Notes under the pieces: generated by a model | Seen by the model: the letters and a program-made list of their open reading frames with translations, nothing else | The model's database searches: none | Told to the model about the DNA's origin: nothing | Part shown: positions 55,786-64,000 of the stretch, piece by piece | Numbering within the stretch: the first letter of the stretch is position 1 | Layout of the letters: each line of letters begins with the position of its first letter | Translations under genes and position numbers: made by a program | DNA from: Rhizophagus irregularis | Lineage: Eukaryota | DNA length: 64,000 nt | NCBI RefSeq assembly: GCF_026210795.1 | Contig: NC_089433.1 | Location: 4,278,001 to 4,342,000, forward strand | Direction of reading: 5' to 3'

Positions 55786-57163
55786 TGTCACCCCCGTCTG
55801 CCACCCGGCGGTAAACAAAGTTCCCTGCTTCTGTTATATGTGCTCTCAGCGAAACATTAACATTCTTGCTTGGTTTAGTTTTATTACTACTTAACTTTCA
55901 AATTGCGATAGCTCTCGCCACGATATTTCATCCATTATCTTCTTTCAAAATACGATAGTTCTCTTTACAAAAGTTTATATTTTATTCATTTCATAATTCT
56001 TGTTATGACATTAAATTCACCATGAATTTGTCCAATTAAAATTAATTAAGCGAACATTACAGTAAAGTTTAGGGCGAACCTATTACCTTTAAAATAACAT
56101 TACGCTTTACTAACAATTAATTAAACAAAATTACTTTTTCATCATAGGAAAATAGTAACAAAAACAATCGAAACAATTAATTTTCATATAAAGGGTATTT
56201 TATTTATTCTTCATAAAATTCACAATTTAACTAATTTACTTAAAGTTTTACATCGTATCTGACGACTGTGGAATTCACCTCCCATTCCGCTCCTATTTAA
56301 ACCAACTTTCTTATTCTTTCTTTTCTTACTTCTTATTTCTTTCTAATATTTTATATGTTATCTTTTATGCGCTATCTTATATGCTATTTATATATTATCT
56401 TTTCTAATATGTTATACTATTTTAATACGCTATCTTTTCTTTAAAATAAAATAATCTTTCAAATATTATATCGTAAAGATCCATCTTTTGTGGCTATGCT
56501 ATCTTTTCTTTAAAATAAAATAATCTTTCGAATATTATATCGTAAAGATCCATCTTTTGTGGCTGTGCTATCTTTTCTTTAAAATAAAATAATCTTTCAA
56601 ATATTATATCGTAAAGATCCATCTTTTGTGGCTGTGCTATCTTTTCTTTAAAATAAAATAATCTTTCAAATATTATATCGTAAAGATCCATCTTTTGTGG
56701 CTGTGCTATCTTTTCTTTAAAATAAAATAATCTTTCAAATATTATATCGTAAAGATCCATCTTTTGTGGCTGTGCTATCTTTTCTTCTGCGTCTCGTCAG
56801 CTATTCTTCTACTGCGGCTGCAGTTCATCAATATTTTACATGTTCCTATTTTTTTTGTTCCTTTAATTCGCTATCCTTCCTTTTTATATGATTTATCATT
56901 TGTGGCTTATGATTACTCCTCCTAATTGTTCCTATTGTTGAACTTGATAAACTGGTTGCTAAGCCACATCGATCAACTCCCCACTTGATCTATTGGTTCC
57001 CCGTTAATCATTTAATAAACATTACATCATGTAGATCATTCCTTCTCCTAAAAGTTTATCCTTTCCGGTTAGTTTTATCCAATCATGTGACTTTCTATCG
57101 TTTGATCTTTTATTCCATATTATTCCTCCATATTATGCGATTACTTCAGCATCTATGGCTACA
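55786..57163 (-). repeat. 5' LTR (1378 bp)
   Basis: Direct repeat of 44107-45484 at a constant offset of 11679. Confidence 0.96.
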
Positions 57164-57167
57164 GCGG

Positions 57168-57729
57168 CCAACCACTTTATGATATACTCAGTAAGATTCC
57201 AATCGCCTGAACACCAGATATCCTGAATGTGGGAGAAGATAAATTTAACCGCGAGGTGGGTTGTAGATTCAAAAGTGGATATCGGACGCAGGATATGGAG
57301 GAATCCTGGAAAGATATTGAGATAAAGTTGGCCACCTAGTTTAAAGATACGGGATTTTTGAGGGTCACAGGTAGCTACACATACAGTACTATATTCGATC
57401 ATAAACCATTTGTTGATATTAAATTCAACCTTTTGTGAAGGACCCTGTTCAGATTGTGTGTAAAAGACTTTGGTAATTGGACGGATAAGTTTATTAATAT
57501 TTTTATCAGGGATGTGCTCGAGGTTTTTGATTTCTGATCGCCACATGAAGACTCCATGTGGGTTGGAGCAGGGGATAAAGTAACTGCAAAGATAACCTTT
57601 AACTTGATTGAGATCCCTCATATTCTTTGCAGCGTTAATGAGCCGTTTAAGCTCATCAATACTAAAAGCCTTCTTCTGTTCACCGAACTTGGGGATAATT
57701 TGAGGTTGAGTGCTAGTTTGGGCAGTCAT
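57168..57729 (-). pseudogene. SF3/D5-like helicase, 5' part (copy B)
   Basis: MTAQTSTQ...YIIKWLA matches copy A and resumes as GVAAGRK at 44106. Confidence 0.88.
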
Positions 57730-57947
57730 TTTTTGTTCTATCAAATCGAGTACTAATTTATAGTTACCTAATCTTCAATTGCCGAATATTTTTTCCAAAG
57801 ATCTGCACTCCTACCAGGTTACCCTCCTGTAGTCCTGTGGTCCTGCGATTCTGCGATCCTCTGGTTATATCTGGTTATCTTTTAGGGGTAAAAAAAACTA
57901 TAAACCACGAACCTTTATGACTGCTCTAAATCTTCCCTTCTCCTTTT

Positions 57948-58307
57948 TCAAACTACATATATCTGAAATCCAAATCGCTCAAGAGCTCCTTTTACTATAG
58001 TTAGCTCTTTTCTAGTGTCCGTTAACTCTTTACAAGCCTTTTGATATGCCTCCCATTCAAGTTCACGGAGGATACCCTCCTCCTCCAATGATTGGCCAAG
58101 AGCATCATTTGCTTTTTCCTTCTTTTCTACTGCCCTGTCGTATGCCTCCTCGGCTTTTTTATGCCGCTTCCAGAGTACTCGTTCAGCTTCGGCTCTCCAG
58201 ATTGGGCTGACTTCTAGAAGATGTGGCCCAAAATTGCTATTTGGAATGCGTTCCAGGATATGGCCTACAAGTTCAGGGATTACTGATACTGCGTGCGGGG
58301 TATACAT
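57948..58307 (-). CDS. F-box-like protein 2 with coiled coil
   Basis: VIPELVGHILERIP...LLEVSPIW; starts 26 bp inside the right TIR boundary. Confidence 0.6.
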   Translation of the reverse strand: MYTPHAVSVIPELVGHILERIPNSNFGPHLLEVSPIWRAEAERVLWKRHKKAEEAYDRAVEKKEKANDALGQSLEEEGILRELEWEAYQKACKELTDTRKELTIVKGALERFGFQIYVV

Positions 58308-58332
58308 GTTATCTGTCCTTATAGATTACTTA

Positions 58333-58805
58333 TGGTATACCCATTGTTCAATTACTTATTTTTTCTGACGGGGGTGGGACGGAGTTGGTCTTACTGGCTC
58401 TATAGACCTTCTAGGGGCTTACCTGTTAATCTACCTGGTTTGCTGTCTCATCGGCTTATACAGATGATCGGACGGAATCCTGTACGTGTAGAAGATGTTC
58501 TGGATGTGGAGGATCTGGGGGGGTAAAATCAAAACTTTTTTCTGGGGGAATCCCTCTCCTGATTTTTTTAAAACATCCTCCACATTCTCCACATCCTCCA
58601 CACTCTTCTGATTCCCTCTTATTTTCCTCTCTTTTCTTTTATTTTATCCTTTTTTGTTATATATTTTTGTGGAGGATCTATGTGGAGGATTGTGGAGGAT
58701 TTATGGGGATTCCTGAGTTCCGTAGGGACCAGATAGGTACTGCGACGGGTCGTTAGACCCGGAGGTGGGTGGTGCTTGCACCGTGCCCACACCCAGCACG
58801 ACGAC
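58333..58805 (-). repeat. Right TIR of copy B (473 bp)
   Basis: TGGTATACCC...CCCAGCACGACGAC, inverted copy of 31394-31866. Confidence 0.95.
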
Positions 58806-61614
58806 TGACCGGTCATGACCGTGACCGATATCGGTCGGTCAAAGACCTCTGACCGACCATTTGACTGACCGTTTAACCGATCCTGAAAATGTTTGCGAAA
58901 CGTAATTTAATAAAAAAAATGTTTCACAAACGTTTTTTTAATTATTTTAATAGAAAACGTTGCGAAAACGTTTTTTATTAAGTATTTCAATTAAATTACG
59001 TTTCGCAAACATTTTCAGGACTGGTTAACCAGTCGGTCAAACGGTCGGTTAACCGGTCGGTCAGACCGGTCAGTCAAATGGTCGGTCGGTCGGTCAAAGG
59101 TTCTTGATCGGTTATGACCGACCGATGACCGACCATAACCGACCGTTACCATCCCTAGTCACCATAGATGGAATTTGGACAAGCTCTTAGAAAAGGAGGA
59201 GAATATGAGCAAAGAAGTGATACATCCTTTGGTTGAGCCTGAGGATAACTCTTGAGGAGATATTCAACCACGCAATTAAAAAGAGGGTGAGAAAAAAAAA
59301 GAACAGTGCATTGAACGCTTCGCACAAAAGAGGTAGTAACTAAGGAAGACATGGTTGATTTCATTAATGAGTATAGAGATGTTCAATACAAGGGTGTGAT
59401 GGAAATGGATGAAATTGCGACCGCTACTTTTGGAAACAAGTTACGCATCATTTTGTGATTAATGACAAAACGTGATCCTGCAGTTCATGCCATACAATTC
59501 TAATCAGGTTCCAAGTAAAGCAGAGGTCGCAAAGTTTGATGCTAACAATGAGAAGATGAAGATTGTCTTGTGAAAGAAGATAGGGTAAGTACTTTAGGAT
59601 AGTCTAATGTGGTTTTTTGCTGGATATCGTAGTTAGTAAATATTTTACAAAAAATGTACATAAATGCCACAATGTCAAATTTAACTAACAAAATAACCAT
59701 TTCAATTTGATACGCCATTTTTCTTTGTTGGAGTTAATTTAAGTTCATAGTTCAACAGTGTAAAGGGTAACTGTTAGTAAATTTAATAGCCAAACTAAAG
59801 GTGTAGGTCAGTAACTTTGTTCGTAGTTAGGAAGAGTAACAAAGATGTTGTATGGCAGGAGTAATATCTATTCGATATGCATAAATGTAGGTTATTCAAG
59901 TTTTGCTGTGTAAGTTTACACATGATTTAGGTTGCGTAAGTTGCATAACAATCGATAGATATATAAAATAAAATAAATTTTCACATGTACAAAAAATTAA
60001 TTATTACATGAATTGATTAAATTGATATAAATATAACCTTGAAAATCAAATTCTTGTATTTTTGTTTTATTCCTGTCTTATATTTCTCTTCTAATTTAAT
60101 AGAATCTGCATTTTATACAATAAAATTTGGTAATAAATACCATTTTGAGAACAAAAAAAAAATTTAAGTTAAGAGTATTCTTTGTACTGTACCATTTACT
60201 CTCTGAAACTACGAAATTGCCTTTCTTTTTTTGAGTAGTCATAACCAACTAACCAAGTCCAAGGTGATTAGAGTGAACTGTTTTGGTAAGGTTGTAATTA
60301 AGTGTTGCCATATGAGTATTGGGCTTGATTTTTTTGTTTCCCTTAAAAAGTGTGGGTTGTTGGCTGTAGAAGTGCTATCGTGAGAAAAGGTTGTGAGAAA
60401 ATGTTCTTTAGATCTGTACACTATCTACAAATTCTTTTTTGTTGCCGTCCCTTCCAATTCATGTGATCTTGTAGTATTGCTGCGGTTATTCAGTTGAGAC
60501 AAAGAATTATCTTCAAGGAATTGTGGTGAATTTTTCTTCAAGATATGTGTACTCCACCTTATTATAAAAAATTTAATATTCATTGTTTGGTTTGAGAATG
60601 GCCTATGTGCATATATCTTGTAAAAATATTTCTGGTATTACAGTATATTCCAGGTGCCTGTCTTTTTGGTAAACTCTTGAAACTCCTTTGTCTTCAGCAT
60701 ATCGTAGTATATTGCAAATACCTCTTCTCAAAATCCAAATTGTTAAACTCTTGATAGAACTCTATTATAAATTGTTTTTCTGACATTATATCTGTGTTTT
60801 TTGATATGTTTATATATTAGCTTGTATATAATAATTGTACTTTTGTTGAATATTTTTCTGCTAAAAAATTGGTACGAAAGATCATCAGAAAAACCATAAA
60901 ACTTTCGTTATTTTGATCAAATAAAAATCTTAACATTATTAACAATAATGATGTAAATGGCTTCAATCAATGTAACCATAAAGGCGTAAGGACGAAGGCT
61001 TTATTTTAACCAATAGTATATTAGTTGACATCAAATTATGTGAAAGAAATTTGAAAAATGTATTTATTCTTGAACAATATCATTCAGGTTTTATTTATTA
61101 ACAATAATTTTTCCCGATCTGAAAATTTTTTTCTTATTAACAATAATAATTTTATATTAAAGTAAATTATATATAAAAGTTTATTTATTAATTATACATA
61201 AAAGTTTTTTGTTAAGTATACATAAAAGTCTAAATTATTCATCTAATAAGCTTAAATAGACTTTTCTTATAACCTTATTTCTTATCTAAACTTCTATATG
61301 CAATAACTGAATAGATTAGTACGATAAAATAAAAAACTTTCGTGCTAGTTTTATTTCATAATTTCATAATTTTAAATATTTTTAAGCATTTTAAACTTTA
61401 TATATTTAAATATTTATTAAAATGATATGAAAATCTTAACAAAATACTGCGCCAAATGAAACAGAAGCTGCAAGCAAGTATTAAATTACAGAATTACACT
61501 ATATTATGATATTTTATTTATATTTTTCATTATTGCAATTAGGAGAACATGAAAGAGGTCATGGCCATGGTCGTGGCCATAGCAGAATGAATCAACTAAT
61601 TGAATTAGTAGAAT

Positions 61615-63140
61615 TAAAGCTCCGAACGGTTCGGGCTAAACTGGGAAACCGATCTGAAACTGGCTCAAAATTCGGTTCAGTTCGGTTCAGGTATTAGAAC
61701 TGAAAAACCGGCGGTTCAGTTCGGTTTAATCCGATTTTTTATAAAAATGCGAAAAACGAATAGCCGGCCATCTAGTGATCGTACAAAGTCGAGCCATATA
61801 TCATTGGATTCGTCTCGACGAGACGCGTCGAATGGTGGTATGTCCATGTCTCTAGCATCGATAGATCACACGTTAACCCACGCTAAATGATTTATAAATA
61901 ATTGGAATTAGCAAGCTATCTATCGGTCCTAGAGACATGATCTTAGCACCATTCGACGCGTCTCAGTGAGACGAATCCAATGAATATAAATTTGTTCGTG
62001 TACGACCACTGGATGGCGAATAATATCAAGTTTCGCATTTTTTTAAAATTTTCGAGCGTTAAAAATTAAAAATTCCGATACATGAATTTATTCGTCGTCC
62101 AATGGTCATACAAATATGAATTAGGACTCATTGGATTTGTATCAATGAGACGAGTCGAATGGTGGTAAGATCACGTCTCTAGCATCAATAGATAGCTTGC
62201 TAATGCCAATTTTTTATAAATCATTTAGTGTGAATTAACTTACGATCTATTGATGCTAGAGACATGGAACTCACCACCAATCGACTCGTCTCATTGATAC
62301 GAATCCAATGAGTCCTAATTCATATTTGTACGACCATTGGACGACGAATAAATTCATGTATCAGAATTTTTAATTTTTAACGCTCGAAAATTTTAAAAAA
62401 ATGCGAAACTTGATATTATTCGCAATCCAGTGGTCATACACGAACGAATTTATATTCATTGGATTTGTCTCACTGAGACGTGTCAAATGGTGCTAAGATC
62501 ATATCTCTAGCACCGATAGATAGCTTGCTAATTCAAATTATTGATAAATCATTTAGCGTGGGTTAACATGTGATCAATCGATGCTAGAGACATGATCTTA
62601 GCACCATTCGACGTGTCTCGTCGAGAGAAATCCAATGAATATAAATTCGTTCGTGTATGACCACTGGATGGCGAATAATATCAAGTTTCGTATTTTTTTA
62701 AAAATTTTGAGCGTTAAAAATTAAAAATTCCGATACATGAATTTATTCGTCGTCCAATGGTCGTACAAATATGAATTAGGACTCATTGGATTCGTCTCGA
62801 TGAGACGAGTCGAATGGTGGTGAGATCATATCTCTAGCACCGATAGATAGCTTGCTAATTCCAATTATTTATAAATCATTTAGTGTGGGTTAACGTGTGA
62901 TCTATCGATGTTAGAGACATGATCTTACCACTATTCGACGCGTCTCGTCGAGACGAATCCAATGATATATGGCTCGAATTTATACGATCACTAAATGGCT
63001 GGCTATTCGATTTTTCGCATTTTTATAAAAATCGGATTAAACCGAACCGAATCGCTGGTTTTTCAGTTCAGTTCTTACGGATTTCGGCTCTAATCTGAAC
63101 CGTCTATAATCTGGACCAAACCGACCCATTCGGAGCTTTA
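61615..63140. mobile_element. Non-autonomous hAT-type element (1526 bp) built from internal direct and inverted modules
   Basis: TIR TAAAGCTCCGAA / TTCGGAGCTTTA; perfect 8-bp TSD AGTAGAAT at 61607-61614 and 63141-63148; repeated CATTGGATTCGTCTC...GAGACG.GTCGAATGGTG units. Confidence 0.88.
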
Positions 63141-64000
63141 AGTAGAATCTTCTGTAAATATTATCAGAAAGTAAAAACTAAAGGTAGTAATCTTAAATGT
63201 TTTTTATCAATTAATCTTTAAAATTTGTAATGTTGTTCTGATTATACTATTTGATGGTTTCTTCTGGTTTCTTTATAGAGAATTTTTGGTTCTTTTAATA
63301 GTATTGACATCTAAATCAAAAAGACGAAAAACAATGAAAGAGAAATGAACACTTATGGGGATGCAAAGTAATTGACGAAAAAAGGAAAAAATTTGACTAA
63401 AGAAAGAGAGAAGAGTGTGTATAGACATTTAAATGAGAATAGAAGATGATTGAGTAATGCAAATAAATCTTCTGGTAAACAAAATTGATAGTAAAATCGA
63501 ACTGGAAGAATGGCTGGAAAGAAGTAATAAGAGGGAGAAAATAGGTGATATAGTTTTTACAGGAAGCAAGTTTATTTACTGAGAATACAATTAATAGAGA
63601 CGTGTCTAAAAATTCAGTTATAGTTGTGTCACAAGGGGCGCTATGTCAACGGAAATTTAGTACATTGATCACTTAAAAATCTGCAGCTATCCAATTATAA
63701 CGAATTTGTAATGAACTGTATTTTATGTTAAATTTACAATATATTTATTTTACAATATATTTTACAATAATTGTTATAATTTATTAAATATACATGTTAA
63801 TAAATTGTATAATGTAATGCTTTTTTAAATATATATTTGGATACTAAGTATTTGTACATATAATAAATTTCCAATAATTCTGGCGCCATCATCTTGATAT
63901 TTATTTCACTAATTTCACTATTACTGCAATTTCATACCTAAGTGGCCTAATTTTAACCTTTTTACTTGATATATTAATTTTAATAATTAATAAAATTTAT

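Larger units (their letters stand above)
44107..57163 (-). mobile_element. Ty3/gypsy LTR retrotransposon (13,057 bp)
   Basis: Two 1378-bp TG...CA LTRs, PBS, PPT, gag-pro-RT-RH-IN order; 4-bp target duplication CCGG/GCGG inside the helicase gene (empty site CACCGGCCAACC in copy A). Confidence 0.96.
31394..58805. mobile_element. Polinton/Maverick-like element, copy B (complete; ~14.35 kb after removing the nested LTR element)
   Basis: 473-bp TIRs; 5-bp TSD TGACC (31389-31393, 58806-58810); integrase, ATPase, PolB and helicase genes. Confidence 0.95.
31354..59157. mobile_element. hAT-type MITE (~390 bp) split by copy B; pieces 31354-31393 and 58806-59157
   Basis: TIRs TAGGGATGGCAACGGTC / GACCGTTACCATCCCTA; perfect 8-bp TSD GTCACCAT at 31346-31353 and 59158-59165; GACC/GGTC subterminal repeats and an internal palindrome. 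Confidence 0.9.

Noticed and set aside
4981..58805. Copies A and B as an assembly artefact or a simple tandem duplication
   Set aside because: They have different flanks, TIR motifs, nested insertions and private mutations, and copy B has its own TSD.
60150..60790. Possible decayed minus-strand ORF beginning MSEKQFIIEFYQEF
   Set aside because: Interrupted by stops; no identifiable domain.

Overview
AT-rich, transposon-dense eukaryotic DNA. The composition and TE repertoire suggest an arbuscular mycorrhizal (Glomeromycotina, Rhizophagus-like) fungus; this is an inference. No intact host gene was recognised. The window is dominated by two same-orientation copies of a ~14.35 kb Polinton/Maverick-like DNA element. 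Copy B (31394-58805) is complete, with 473-bp TIRs and a 5-bp TSD (TGACC). Copy A (4981-27520) has lost its right TIR and is more decayed. The element encodes an rve integrase with chromodomain, an A32/FtsK-type packaging ATPase, a compact protein-primed-type PolB, an SF3/D5-like helicase, two F-box-like proteins and several small proteins. No double-jelly-roll capsid or adenain protease gene is recognisable. Instead it carries a Ty3/gypsy-type Gag capsid joined by an apparent -1 frameshift to a retropepsin-like protease, with no RT, RNase H or LTRs. This is a candidate DNA-virus/retroelement chimera and the main finding. Copy A is interrupted by a full-length RNase H-bearing LINE and two small insertions. 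Copy B is interrupted by a 13-kb Ty3/gypsy element with apparently identical 1378-bp LTRs, a nucleoside/nucleotide-kinase domain fused after RNase H, and a stand-alone integrase ORF. Copy B itself sits inside a hAT-type MITE. Several further MITEs and a decayed LINE fill the rest. All domain calls come from reading motifs by eye; no database searches were run.
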